Shown: in pieces, positions 24,112 through 37,880 of the stretch
How positions within the stretch are numbered: position 1 is the first letter of the stretch
Layout: every line of letters starts with the position of its first letter
Assembly (NCBI RefSeq): GCF_000143415.4
Contig: NW_003314275.1
Span: forward strand, 124,001-188,000
Source of the DNA: Selaginella moellendorffii
Taxonomy: Eukaryota; Plantae; Lycopodiophyta
DNA length: 64,000 nucleotides
Direction of reading: 5' to 3'
Notes under the pieces: generated by a model
Database searches by the model: none
What the model was told of the DNA's origin: nothing
What the model saw: only the letters and a program-made list of their open reading frames with translations
Position numbers and translations under genes: made by a program

Positions 24112-27100
24112 CTAATAGTGACTGCTGCCCTCCAATCGTGGCTGCTGTGGTTGTCGCCTCCACAGTGCATCCAGTGCCAGATCACCACGTCGAGCCTCCT
24201 TTGTTACCGTGTCCGAAGGTCTCCATTTCCACTTGACCTCCCCCTCGTGTTCAATTCCGTAGCACGGAGTCCATAGTCGTCGCCAAGCTGTGAGCGCCTC
24301 CCTGTTTTTCCCATGCTCCTGGAGCAGCGTATCCCTCAAGCGGATAGCAGCCAGTGTGAGCCTCCACCAATTCGCCATGATCACTGAAATCCGAGCACAT
24401 TGCCCTTCGAAGTGGTTGCGGTTTCGAGCCTCCCAGAGTGCCTGTACCCCGGAAGCCCGCCATACCTCCCATCTCGCCCGTCCAAGGGCCTCCCACACTA
24501 TGGTCCCAACTTCCACTCCTACCACATCCCACCTAACTCGGGTGCCCCATCCTGAGCGTCCCCAACACCCGATCTTCCGCCAAGTTGCTCCTGTGCATGG
24601 TCCCCTTGCCTCTGGAAACCATTGGGTGACATCCCCTTCTCGAATTTCAAAGTCCTACTTGTCCCCTAGTTCCCTCGTTGCTTTTGCTATCTGCCGCCAC
24701 GTCTCCTTAGCCACGTCACGATCCCAGAGGAGGTGTGTGACCGTCTGCAGTTCCCCGCATTCTGAACACCTGCGAGCATTCTCCGCTTGAAACCGCTGGC
24801 CTACTGGCAGCCCATGCGTCGCCACGAGCCAAGAGGTTACCTTTGATTTTTCCTGGATCGGTAGTTTCCAGAATGCCAAGGTGTTGTCAATCACCTGGTA
24901 TGCCTCCACTCCTAGCGCGATCCACTTTTGCCATAGTTGTGGGATTTCTTCTCTCTCAAATTCCCTGTTCACCATCAAACCATTCCGTGCATCTTTGACC
25001 TCGTAAGTGAAGAAGCCGTTCGCCCTACGTCTCCACACTGCTGGGTCCCAATCCAGGTCTTCTATTAACTCTTTCCTCCACCATACTAGCCGTCCATCTC
25101 CTTCTAGCCAACAAGGTGACTCTACCACCTCTGTCCGAGTTGCTGTCTGTCTCAGAACCTGGATTCGTCCTTTCACTTCATCATCCGTGACCTATGGTAT
25201 CTATTGGGGTCCTCCCGCCTTGAGGAGTGTGTCACCTCTCAGTACACGAAAAGGCCTGCCGAGGTTTTGGTCTGGGTCTGTCACGAACCACACCTCAATC
25301 TCCCCCACATTCCACGTTGGGGTTGGCATCGTGAACACCCGAGTCCATTTCCCAAGTGGTACCTGCTCGCCATCCAACGTCTCCTCCCTTTGAATTGCCA
25401 CAAAGTCCCCAGCGTGTAACCTTCTTGCTGGCCATTTATCTACTGTCCATGCCTCTGTCACTGCCCGCAGTAGCCTCAGTAAATCCCATTGCACATCCCG
25501 CCACTTCCCTGGCCCGAAAACTTGGAAGCGCCGGGATGATTTCTGTGGATCCGGATCTACCACTCCAACTAGTTGCTTGACTGTCCTGAAGCCTCCTTGG
25601 TGTACCCGCCTCCATATGGTGTAGTGGTTCTCTCGGCCTAGTGTTCTGTCTCTTGCCTTGAACAACTCATTGAAAAACAGCGGCTGATTCAGCCAATCCT
25701 CTGCCCTGTTCGGGATGACCTGCGTCACTGGAAATGACTTCCAGAGCCAATGAAGACCCTGAACCAACTGGCCTCCCCTTACCACCTGTGTTTGTCCTTC
25801 TGTGAACATCCAACGGGGGTCCTCGTCCCAAACTCTTGCGAATCCATGCTTCGGCCTGATGGCTAGCATGCTCTTCCTGAAAAGAAGCTTCCAAGCTTGA
25901 GCCCCCGGTTGAAGGCCCATTAGTATGACTTTGTACCTCATCACCTTGCTGATGTCACTTGGGTCGATTATCCCCAAGCCGCCTAAAACTCGTGGTCTCG
26001 CCGTCGACTGCCATGCCACCTTGGCCATCGTCTGGCCACTGACCAGCGCTCCCTTCCACACATACATGTGCACCATGGACCTTATGCGTTTGATTGTTGT
26101 CTCTAGAACTGGCCATACTGAGAGGTGGTACCACGTACACGGCAGCACGATGCTTTTCGCCACCACCACCCTTGCCGGCAGTCCCAGTTTCCGTGGCGCC
26201 CATTTCTGAATCGCTGTTCTGGTCCTCCGCAGCAGCACTGAGTCCTGCGTAGAAGCTTTGAACTCACCTCCTACCTGAATTCCCAGGTAGCATGTGTCCT
26301 CCCCTGGTGATAACCACTAAAAGTCGATGTCTCGTCCCCACGCCTCGATGTCAGATTTCCCCCAGTTGATTCCTATCGACTTGTTCCAGTTGATGGCCGC
26401 TCCTGCTGCTGTGTTGAAGGCCTCTAGCCTGGCCCTTGCAGTGTCCAGGTTAGCCTTGGTACCTAGCAGAAAGAGTGCTGTGTCGTCCGCAAATGCGCTG
26501 TCGAGCAGGTCCCTTCCCACTGTTTGAGTTCCAGGGAGTTGCTGTCTTTCCTTGGGTAACTCCACGCCCCTGATTCCTTCACCTTCCGCCAGGAACGCCC
26601 CTAGAGCCTCCGTGACCATGAGGAAGGTACGGAGCCAACAGGCAGCCTTGTCACACCGATCTCCCTAGTCGAAACCACGGACCTGTTTCTCCATTGATGA
26701 CCACCCTGCTTGATGCTCCCCGGTACAGGAGAGTGATGAGTGTTACCATGGGCACTGGGATTCCTATCCATCTCATACAGTCCTCCAGGAAGTCCCAGTC
26801 CACCCGGTTGTATGCCTTCCCGAAATCCAGTAGCCACCACATTCTGCCTCGAGGATTTTGCCCATCTTTGGGCCAGGAGATAGGTCCAGATATTCTCCGC
26901 AATCTGTCTCCCTAATACGAAGCCTGTCTGTTGTTCTCGAATAATGATGGGCATCACCGGTTGCAATTTGAGCGCCATCGCCTTGGCGTAGATTTTGTAT
27001 GCTGTAGATTTTGTACGCATCGTTATTGGTCTCCAGTTGCGCAGTTCTTGAAGGTCCCCTCTCTTTGGAAGTAGTGCGATCTGGCCCTCCAGTATCTCCG

Positions 27101-28628
27101 CCGGGAGCTGCCCTGCTTGCTGCGCCTTTGTCCAGGCCTCCATCATCAGCGGGCCAATCACCTCCCAGTTTCTCTGAAAGAATCTCGGGGGCAGTCCATC
27201 TATCCCGGGCATTTTGTCGTCGCTCAGTCTGTCCAAGGCCTTGCGGAGATCTTCCACGGTGAGGTCTGCCGTGAGCTGTTCGTTCCATTCCTGCGAGACT
27301 CTGTGCAGCAGCGTCTTCAACACCTTCTTCGCTGCCCGGGCTCTGACTGTAGTCTTCGGTTGTGCTGTGTACAACCGTTCGTAGAACCTTTGTGCCAGTT
27401 CTTGCATGCCTTGCTGGTCCTCTACCAACTTTCCATCTTCTGCCTTGAGGCCCAGAATGGGTGGTGAGTCTGAGATTGGGCGGATGCCTCTGTAGAAGGC
27501 CTTGTTCAGCAGCCGCTCGTTTACCGCCCATGAGTCCTCTTGAGTACGCACTCCGGAGCTCCAAGCCGCGAATTCCCTCTCCTGTAGTTCTGCTTCCCTC
27601 TGATCCAGGGCCTCCTGCCACCTTCCTGCGTCCTTGGCCGTTAGCACCATCCTCTAAGCTGTTGCCACCTTCTTCCTTGCTAGGCGCAGCTCCTTCATTA
27701 CTTCACCCTTTATTGCCTGCTGTCTCTCTCTCAGCTGGTCCGAGCAGTCTTGCAGCATTGTGGTGAGCACTAGTTCACTTCCCTCCAGAATCCGACTAAC
27801 TTGTGCCGCTGCCTGTGCATCTGCCAAGGTGTGGATTGAGATGGCTCGCTGCACTGCTTTACCTTTGTCTTTCTGGAGCTCGATTTTACACCGGACTGGG
27901 TCGTGGTCCGAAAAAGAGGGGAAGCATGGCCACGTCTTGAGACTCCCGCCATCTTTTCTCACTCTAGGGGAAGCGTATATCCTGTCCAGTCGTGACTGAC
28001 AACTTGTTGACTCCCGACGGGTGTAGGGGTGTGCATGGGGGGTGAATCCTTCCTCGTGTTGCAGGTCCACGAGGTCCAGCTGTTCTGCCAGTGCCAGCCA
28101 TTGTAGTTGTTCCCGGCCCTGGATGGTCTCTTGGCCTCCTCTCCTGTCCTCTGTGTTTTCCACCATCTTGAAATCCCCTAGCACCAGCCAATGCTCTGCC
28201 CGGCCCCTTGTTTTCACTCGAAGTTCTTCCCAGAAAAGGGTCCGAGCCCGTCTGTTGGTTGGGGCGTAGACATTTAGGATCCCCACTCGTCCAAAGTGCA
28301 GGCTGAGCACCAGGAGCTGCGCTCTCCCCGGCACCAACACTTCATGATCCCTTGCTTGTGCTGACCATCTAGTGGAGACCACGATGGTTGTGCCCCCCCC
28401 TGGCCTGGACCGAGCTGCTACCGCTGCATTCCACCAAGTTTTCCCTCTCATGCCGAAGTTGTAGTCTGGTTCAGCGTCCATCTTATGTTCCTAGATGCAT
28501 AGAAAGTCTATCCCACCTTCCAGTCCCAACTCCCTTATATGCGACTTGAGTTGGATTCTTTTGTGGAGCCTATTGTCCGTGGAACTGAGGCCTCGGCAGT
28601 TCCACATCAAGCACGTTAGGGCCGTCAT
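24112..28628 (-). pseudogene. LINE ORF2: APE endonuclease - reverse transcriptase - C-terminal zinc motif; several stops and frameshifts
   Basis: WNCRGL, NVYAP, LVLGDF, SRLDRIY, SDHDPV (EN); NWRPIT, QQTGFV, LDFGKAYNRVDW, FADDT (RT); CSECGELQTVTHLLW. Confidence 0.92.
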
Positions 28629-28726
28629 GGTGCGACATACTTCCAGGAGAACCTGTTGGTGCTTGGCTGCGCCCTCCACTCTGTGGAGATGGTCCACACT
28701 GCTGTTGGCTTCCCTCCGTGTCTGGC

Positions 28727-31640
28727 TCAAGAGAAACCCCGTACCGTGTAATTCACGAATCCTGTCCACTCTGTTATCGCTCGCTCCATCCGAGTCTGGT
28801 AGTCTCCGAGAGCTACTATCTCTGGGAAAGTCCCATTTCCACGCTGGACCAGCCAATCTCCTGCCTCTGACGTTGCCAGCTCTCTCTTCGGGGGAATCCA
28901 TCGGATCGCCAAACTCACTGTTTTGGGGAGTACTGTCTGGAAGCCTTCCACGCTGGTTTCCACTGAGGGACCTTCAAAAAGCCTGCTCTTGGAGCCCGAA
29001 CCTGCTACAGGTGGGGTCATCGGGAACCTGATGTGTAGGGCACTAGCTGGTTCACGTTGTAATAGCATCTTTTCTTCCTCCTCCGGAAGCTCGAATGGCC
29101 GTTCCGGGGCCAGTTTCTCCGTCCTCGCTGTACATGCTGTCTCCTGGTGGCCCAGCTTCTGACAGATCCTGCATCTTCTTCCTGTGACTTCTGTTTGGAC
29201 CCTGATGTATTGTCCCAATACAGCCAACTCCGTTGGGGTCTCTGCTGGAGAGTCTACAAAGACTTTTAGCCTGATCGGGCCTAGCACTCCGCCAGCTTCC
29301 ACAGTATCCAGCCCTGAAGCAATATTCCCAATACTGCTTTCCACCAACTCTTTCACCGCGTCCTGTGATCTCATTTCCATCGGGACATCCCAGAGTGCAA
29401 TATTGAGAGGAAAGCTCCCTCCTTTCAGACGTGCTTGTTCTTCTGCAGTGAACCTTGGGACCCAGGGGTGGAAAGACACAACCCATTGGCTATCAATCAC
29501 TCCATATAGCTCCTTTGCTCGCCTTCTTGCCTCCTCATCCTCAAACACGACTGTGTAGCACCCTTTACCATGCGGGACTAGCTTCTGGACTGTGATCCCT
29601 TTCTCCAGCGATGCGTTGAGCCAGTCGATGGCTAGGCGTCCTGTTGGGAAACTACCTCGGAAGACCGCGATAGTTGCTTTTAGTTTTAGCTCTGCTTCCT
29701 TAGCCACCACTACTTGCTGCAAGTGGTCCTGTAGCTGCACTGCTTTAGTCATGCTATTATGCATTACCCTCCCACTATTGGGGACCTGCACGTTTGTCTT
29801 CATCTCTAAGCCGTCTCCACTTCCATGCGTACCCTCTTTGCTGTTCTGTCCTGCATCAACATCCTGGTCCTTGGATCCCTCAGGGTCCTTGGACTGGTCC
29901 TCTCTCCCACCGTTTCCTCCATCCCTTTCTGCTTGAGCTTTGGGGCACTCAGCTTCCTCTCTTTCAGATAGGTCTCCTGTTTTCTTTTCGATCGCCTTGC
30001 CACCCTTCCTGGAGACTTGCTTCTTCTCGTGAACTGGTGAATCCTCTTGTTATAGGAATTCTTCCACTGCTTCTGTCCACTCTATCCTCTCTTGCTCCTT
30101 GCTCCACGCTTTCAACTTTCTCCTAGCCACCTTGCGTTCCTTTTTCTTTTCTGTTTTGTTCTTCTTGCACTCATTCTGGGCCTCTTCTCTCATTTGTTGC
30201 ATTTCCCTCTCCTGGTCCTCGAGCAGCTCTGTAAGAGGCTTATCTAAGTCTCTAGGCTTCTGCTGCTCCCCTTGGGTGTCTTTCCCTTGTCCGCTTCAGG
30301 TGGCCATCCTTTCTTCCAGGTTTAGCAGTTTTGCCTTGTCCAGATTCTTCCTGCTCTCCATCTCATCCGCGACTAGGTGGAAAGCCTCCCTGTATGCTGG
30401 GCTGAGTACTAGGTCCTCCCCGAGTACATTTGTCTCTTGGTGCCAGATTTCTGCCATGAGAATATCCTGGTGTAGGATGAGATCTTCTGTGGAGCTCCTA
30501 CTAAGCTTCAGCTTGAAGTCCCTCGGACACCAACGCAGCTCTCCTGCATCGGACAAGCATGGCATGCACTCCTGTACGTCGACTGTCCTCGTATGAGACT
30601 TGATCTTTGGTTGAGATCCCACCGATTTAGCAGGAGACTGCATCTCCGGCTCCTTCAGTCTGTTTGTGAGGTCTGAGAGGCATCTGTGCGCAAACTTGTG
30701 GCTGAGTGAGACCACAATGCTCTTGTCTCTGATATTCGCTCGATCCAGTGGCAGGGTGTTGTCCCCTAGGACATTCTCTCCCTTCCTGCTCGTTCAGGCT
30801 CCTCTGCGTTTCAAGGTCGTCCCTTGTCTCCCATCTCGGGGTGTGTGATGTTGGAGAGGGCTCTCGTTCCACTCTAGGCTTAGTGGTGGGGGACACCGTA
30901 CTCCCCTGATTGTCCTCTTTTCCTGTTTCTACTCTTGCTCGGCTTGTCTTGCCTCGCTCGCGAGTGACTCTCCCTTGCTTACGTGGTGTTGTTGTCCGGG
31001 AACCTTCGCCACCTTTCATCTCCCGGTTTGGTGTTGCCATTTCTCTTGCTTCTAGGGCTCTCAAGTGACTCCTCAGAGTTGCATTTCCCAGCAGCTGGTG
31101 CTGTTCCACTGGTTCCTTGTCCACTGGAATTCCGAGGCTTAGCCCCGCACTCTGCTCTAGTATGCCCAACCTTATGGGACTTCTCACATCCTCCTCCTTT
31201 GCCCATACCTTCTTTGCCAGCCTCCCTAGGCTCCTTGTCCACCTGGGGCTCACCCTTCCCTCGACTGTGTCCTTCTGTGTTTCCGCCCAAAGAGTGTCTT
31301 TAGTGGACTGCAAGTCCTCCCTGGCTCGGCTCGAGCTTGAGCCTTTGTCTACTCCAACTTGGTTAACCTTGCATCTGTCCATTGATCAAACTGAGCTGGC
31401 TGGGGCGCCTCCGACCACTGCTCGAGACTCCCTCATCTTGGGCGTGCTGGCCACTACCATTCCCTTGAGGAGCTTGAGATTTTCTTCTGCCCGGGCCATC
31501 GTCTCCTTAGTTCCTCTCTGTATTTCTTCTATGAGATCCTCTATCTTTTTCACCTTCTGCTTCTCACTGTCCAACCCCTGGGACTGCTCCGTCTATGGGA
31601 CTCCTCTGTTGGATGCGTTGCTGCTGGGATCCAAGTTCAT
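28727..31640 (-). pseudogene. LINE ORF1: unusually long (~950 codons), with a charged/coiled-coil N-terminus, an RRM/DUF4283-like region and a CCHC knuckle
   Basis: Pieces 31640-30627 and 30715-28727 joined by one frameshift, with in-frame stops; CRICQKLGHQETAC; FHPWVPRF motif. Confidence 0.7.
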
Positions 31641-34600
31641 CTTACCAAGCCCTGTGTTGTCGTGGCAGCCGAGGGGTTGCTGCTTCGTGCCCATTGGGGT
31701 CTTGTGGCTTGCTGATTGTCCTTTGATCAGTCCACCTTGGGGTAGGCGAATGCTGAGGCCTCTCCCTCTTGTCCCTCATCCCAGCATGATGGGCTGCCCT
31801 CGAGCTCTTCCTCTGCTCGGTGATTTGTTTAGGTCCATCCTGGGCACAAGAAAATGAGACAACACAGAGATCAGAATAGAGAGCTTCTTCCCTGAGTCTC
31901 GCGGCAGATGCCCCCGCTGACGGTAGCAAGTGTGGGGAGATTGGGCTAAAACGCCAATCATTTTTTTTAGGTCCCTAGTGCTTGGGTTGGAGTCCCAATT
32001 CACTAGGGCGCGGTGATGGTTTGGAATATGAGGACACTCATTTTTCGGTGGTCATGGACTCTTAGTAAAGAGATTAGCTTGGGCACACCACCAAGCGGGG
32101 GATGCCCCAGAGTCGTGATGCACAGTTAAATTGCTTAGAGTGAAAGCTCGGCATATCTAACTTGAATACTTTGGTGCAAAAGACACCAAGGACGTGGTGA
32201 ATGAAATGGGGACACCCAGTCTCAGTTGCTATGGATCCTTGGCCGGAAGGGCTGGCTTGGGCGCACTGCCAAGTGTGGGGGATTCCCCCGAGGTCATAGT
32301 CAACAATTTAAAAGGGTCTGGAAGACCTAGTTCCTATTTGTAGACTTGTTAAGGGGTCAAGATGAGATCACCAGGTGATCTTGTGGCTAAACAAAGACAA
32401 GGTCTTTGTTTGGGTTAAGGATTATAATTCCCAGTTCAAAGTGTTGATTTGAACTATTGATAATGGTGTGACTTGGTCAAGGTGACCAAGTGAGAAGGAT
32501 ATCTAAAGGGAAATCAATTGTGCCAATACGATGGTATAGTAAGTCCAAGAAAGTAGTCTCGGGGAGAGACCCATGGAAGGGTCGCAAAGTTGGGCCGTGG
32601 ACGAAGCCCGTAGTAGAAATTGCTAAAGATACCTACTAAGGGTGAGCACCCACTGGACTTAGCAAAGTAAAGCCTTTGCCATGGAACCAAAAAGATATCT
32701 CGAGAATGAAGGTAGTGATCCTATGTTGTTCAGTGCAACAATCAATGGATAAAAGCAAAAGACTAGTGGCCAAGTGTGGGCCATGGAGTTCATTGAAAGG
32801 AATCCAAATGGCAAAGTTAGGCATGAAACACTAATATGTTGGATGCTAACGGATTGTGAGAAAGGAAGTGTGCTTCCAAGGATGGATTCCTAAATGCTCC
32901 AAGTTGGCAAAGGTGAAAGCTCCAAGGGAGGGAACGGCGAAGTAGCCAAAGGATAGGGCCGTGGATAGCTCTAGCACAACTTACAATGGCTGGAACTTAG
33001 TGCCAAAAGTGGCATAAAATAGAAAGGAGGATGATGGCACCCTCAAGTGGGGAGCTTCCTAGGATGGGAAGTGAAATTGCACAATATGTGCAATGAAAGG
33101 TGTCAAAGATACCAAAGAAATTGATTTCGAGAAGTCAAAATTAAAAGTTCTAAGATGAATTGGTTATGTCAATAGAAGTTGAGACTACTCGAGAATGAGT
33201 AGTGGAATTGAGTTAGAGAAAGTGTCTCTAATAGGTTTAACGAGAACTGAACCAATAAAAGGGGGCAAACCACCCCAGGTGGCCGAATGAGTCTCTATGT
33301 TGGAGAGACTATGCCCTTAGAGGATGGACAAGGCATGGCGAGCCTTCAAGGTCAAACCATAGACAAATATTGGTTGGGTGCCAAGGATAGAAATGGCAAT
33401 ACCTGTGGGTGTTACTTTATAAAAGGGTTTAGGGTTTGATGAGGACATCGAACTTCATCTATGGGTGGTGGAGTTGTGAGACATAAATCCCTAAGCCCCA
33501 AAGTGGAGCCGAAAGGGTGCCACATGGTAGTGGCTGAAACAAAAGCCAAACGAGCGTAACACATTTGGACTAAAAGGCTCCGACTTGAAAGGTTGAGAGT
33601 GGGAGTGGAAGTCCCAACGGAGTGCTCAAGGAACGAGCATGAAGCGAGCAATAAGCGAGGCTCCAAAAAGGGACCCAAAAGGACCAATACATGACACGTG
33701 GAAGTGTCCGAGATGGAGTCCAAGATGGACCCGAGATGGAGTCCGAGATGGAGTCCGAGATGGACCCGAAATGGAGTCCGAGATGGACCTAAAATGGAGT
33801 CTGAGGTGGACCCGAGATGGACCCAAGATGGATCCGAGATGGATCCGAGATTGAGTCCAAGGTGGACCCGAGATGGACCCAAGATGGATCCGAGATTGAG
33901 TCTGAGACGGACCCGAGATGGAGTCCGAGATCGACCGAGACGGAGTCCGAGATGGAGTCTGAGATGGAGTCCGAGATGGAGTCCGAGGTGGACCGAGACA
34001 GAGTCTGAGATGGAGTCCGAGATGGAGTCCGAGGTGGACCAAGACGAAGTCCGAGATGGAGTCCGAGATGGACCCGAGATGGAATATGAGAAGGACCCAA
34101 GATGGAGTCCAAGGTCGAGACCGAGACCGGGACCGAGACCGAGACCGAGACCGAGACTAAGACCGAGATTAGGACCGAGACTAAGGCCGAGGCTGAGTCT
34201 GAGTCCGAGTCCGAGTCCGAGTTTGAGTCCAAGTCTGAGTTTGAGTCTGAGTTCGAGTTTGAGAGGGTGAAAGCCCAAAGCGTTCGTCTCCCAGACCTTG
34301 GGGGGTTTGGTGAGCTCCAAAAGTATAGTAGAGGGAGGACTCCAGTGGAGCCAGTTTGGCCAGGAAAGGCCAGTTTGGCCTAGAAAGGCTGTACCCAGTG
34401 TTGGGTGATGAGCTGCCCACTGGGAAGTCCAAGACTAGAGTGAACACAGACCGACAAGTGGGGTAGCTTGGTGAAGTGTTCAAAAGCCGGCTCTAGTTCC
34501 CCCGGGAGATCGACTGGCTGATGCTCCCAGTCCAAGTGTGGGTGACACTACCTACTTAGATACCAGGCGTGGCTCAACAGAACCTCGCTCTAAGCCCATG

Positions 34601-34773
34601 GCTAGAGCACCCAAAGGCAGAAGGCGAGGAGAGTACCCACAAGGCTTGCGTAAGGCCACGGTGTTCCGAAATGTTGTCCCGAAAGCCCAGACTGTGGAAA
34701 GGAAGAGGAGTAATCCTTTGGTGTAATGACCAAGGATACAATCATGTGGTGAGGAAGTCCTAGAGGACAGTGG

Positions 34774-34809
<36 letters not shown>

Positions 34810-37800
34810 AACCGAGACCGAGATTGGGACCGAGACTGAGGCCGAGGCCGAGTCCGAGTCCGAGTCCGAATCTGAGTTCGAGTCTTAGAGGGTGAAAGCC
34901 CAAAGTGTTCGTCTCCCAGACCCTGGGGGGTTTGGTGAGCTCCAAAAGTATAGTAGGGAGAGGACTGCAGTGGAGCCAGTTTGGCCAGGAAAGGCCAGTT
35001 TGGCCTAAAAAGGCTGTACCCAGTGTTGGGTGATGACCTGCCCACTGGGAAGTCCAAGACTAGAGTGAACACAGACCGACAAGCGGGGTAGCTTGGTGAA
35101 GTGTTCAAGAGCCGGCTCTAGTTCCCCCGGGAGATCGACTGGCCGATGCTCCCAGTCCAAGTGTGGGTGGCACTACCTACTTGGATACCAGGCGTGGCTC
35201 AACGGAACCTCGCTCTAAACCCATGGCTAGAGCACCCAAAGGCAAAAGGCGGGGAGAGTACCCACGAGGCTTGCATAAGGCCATGGTGTTCTGAAATGTT
35301 GTCCTGAAGGCCCAGACTGTGGAAAGGAAGAGGAGTAGTGTTCTGGTGTGGTGACCAAGGACACAGTCACATAGTGAGGAAGTCCTAGAGGACAATGAGA
35401 CTTAGTGGTCAGGCTCGTGGGCCTTGATCCAGTGGCAGTGTTGGCGAACACGGCCCAGGACAGAAAGGGACTTGGTGGGGACCAAAAAGGCAATATTGGG
35501 GAAGGCTATTCCCTATGTCTAGGGGCATCCTAAGGTTGCTAAGGAGTGGATCTAGGATGATCACTCATGGACGAATAGCCCAGTCTTTGAGAGATGGGAC
35601 TGTGATGTAGGTGGTGTCAGACCACCGATGTGACCAAGGTGAATGGGTATGGCCTTAGTGTAACGGGCTGATATGACGGTGGTACCTTGGGGTGTCAGTC
35701 ATGGGATCGGACACGTGGAGCACTTGGACCAAGTGCAAAGGTTGAATGGCGGGGATGCCATTCTCGGGGTTAGCAAGCCCAAGTCCAAAATAGGACTTAT
35801 GGAGGTTGTGAGTGAGACTCCTTCAAGTTGTCAGAAGTGTGGTTAAGTGACTAAAGTAGAATGGAAAATTTAGTCGCTTACAGATGTGCAATGCTTCCTG
35901 GGCAAGGTGTAGTATCTCAGTCGTTTTGTGGATCATCTTTCTAATCGCACTACACTATTGTGAGTGTTGCTGAAGTTATCAACATCATTTTTCATCTGGT
36001 CTTCAGATTGTGAGTGGGCGTTTGTGGATCTCTCTAAACCAATACTTCATTATTGAAGTGGAAGAACCTGGTTGGTCATACTGTTTGGTGGGCTTTGAAG
36101 CTTCAAATATATGATTTTGATGTTATTCATCACCCAGGGAGTTTTATAGCTGATGCTGATGCCCTTTCTCAAGCTCTTCTTCCTTCTCCACTCTCTTCTC
36201 ATGTTTCTGACGAGCCTATTGTTCCAGCATCTGTGGGTTTTCTAAACGAGGATTCTGTGCTGTCAGTGGTTGTTGTACTTGATATTTAGTGTTCACAAGG
36301 CGTAGAGCAAGATCTACTTTCTCTTGATGAGGTTCGTGAGGCTTAAAAGATTGAGCTGTGGATTTGAAGACTTCGAGATATGTTTGAGAATCTTACATCA
36401 CTTGCTGATGACTTGCCCTTCCGGCATTTACATTTTCAATATCGCCTTGAAAATAGCCTTCTTTATTTTGTGGGGATAGATCTTGATGATTATTTACGGT
36501 TGGTGGTGCCTTTTGTCTTTATCTCATGGTTTCTCCATGCTTACCATGATTCTCCTGTTTTAGGTGGGCATATGGGACATCGTTGTGTGACCGAGAAGCT
36601 GCGCAAGTCTTTCTATTGGCCGGAGATGCAACGTGATATTATTCGGTATGTGTGTAGCTGCATTTGGTGCCAAGCTCGTAATACTCCCCCTCGTGTTGCG
36701 GAAGGACGGTTGGAATCAATTGCAATTTCCTATCCATTTGAGTTGGTGGCGTTTGATCTTATAGGACCTTTTCCATAGTCAACTGCTAGTAATGAGTATG
36801 TTATTATTGCTTTTGACTACTTAACTCATTGGGTGGAAGTTGGTGCTTTTGCTAGCGCCTTTGCAACTGCTGTTGAATACTTCCTCCTCAATATAGTGGT
36901 GTTCTAACATTCTTGTCCAGAGCGGATTCTTTCAGATAATGGTTCCGCATTTATGGCTAAGGCATTTCATGTTTTGACGTCTTGGTTGGGGATATGCCAC
37001 ACTTTCACGAGTGCTTATCATCCACAATCAAACAGTCTGGTGGAACAGCTCGTTCGGACATTCAAAAGGATAATTGCGAAGTATGTGAACTTTCAGCATT
37101 CAAATTGGGATGGTTATTTGCCGTCTCTTCGGTATGCCTATGTCACAGAGGTGCAAAGTTCTGTTGGTGCTGCACCATATAAATTCCTATATGGTCATGA
37201 TCCAATATTACCAACAAAGCTGGGTTTACCTTCGCAATTGCCACGAGCTCCCAATGCTAGGTCGTGGGATCAATATTTGACGAGCATTCTTCCACTTGTC
37301 TGAGTAGAGTCTACCGAACACTTAGGCCGCATACAAGTGGGGCAACAACGGTGGTACAACTCATATCATCGTCCACCTATAGAGTACAAAATGGATGATT
37401 TGGTGTTAGTCCATTTTCTCCATCTTATGGTACGTGGTTTATTTAAAGGGCTCATTGCGGAAAGGACCATATCGGGTGTTGCGACAAGTTGGACCACAAA
37501 TTTATGAAGTTTGGCATGATGTCCAACAGGCCGATCCGCCGAAGATTGTGCATGTGCAGCGGTTGAAATGCTTCATACAAAGGGATCAGGAGCAATTAAT
37601 ACCACCTACAGATCCACCGATGCCTCCTCCTAACATTCCTCTAGATCCCGGCTTGTCTACAAAAGAACTCTGACGGCCTTTCATTATTCCGAGAGGAGGG
37701 GATGATGTGAGGGCCAAGTGTATGGCTATGATGCTGTATACTAATATTAACATAGTAGGATTTTGGTAGCCGTCGGATTGGTTTCAATCCGGACCACTCA

Positions 37801-37880
37801 CTCCTATATATAAATTAGGTTTTTGGGCTAACTGATTTGCACATTTTCTATATTCCCTTTCCATATTTTAAGCACTCACA

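Larger units (their letters stand above)
24009..31974 (-). mobile_element. Apparently full-length (~8 kb) L1/Tx1-like LINE, decayed
   Basis: 17-bp TSD CTAGTGCTTGGGTT[C/G]GA at 23992-24008 and 31975-31991; ORF1 and ORF2 on the minus strand; no poly(A) tail; 3' hairpin AGTCCCTAAGGGACT. Confidence 0.92.
19854..35882 (+). mobile_element. LARD-like element, copy 2, carrying a LINE insertion and an internally duplicated 3' LTR
   Basis: LTRs 19854-21461 and 33475-35882; PBS-like TGGTATTAGAG at 21465; TSD GATGT at 19849-19853 and 35883-35887; internal region colinear with copy 1. Confidence 0.92.
19425..37880 (+). mobile_element. 5'-truncated degenerate Ty3/Gypsy retrotransposon (RT, integrase, PPT, 3' LTR), interrupted by LARD copy 2
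   Basis: RT VMSFGLNNAPATFQRIMD...FIDDVLI (19525-19853) resumes at 35888; integrase HHCC and core (36380-37303); GPY motif ~37465; PPT GAGAGGAGGGGATGA 37691-37705; LTR TGTGAG..CTCACA 37706-37880. Confidence 0.88.
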
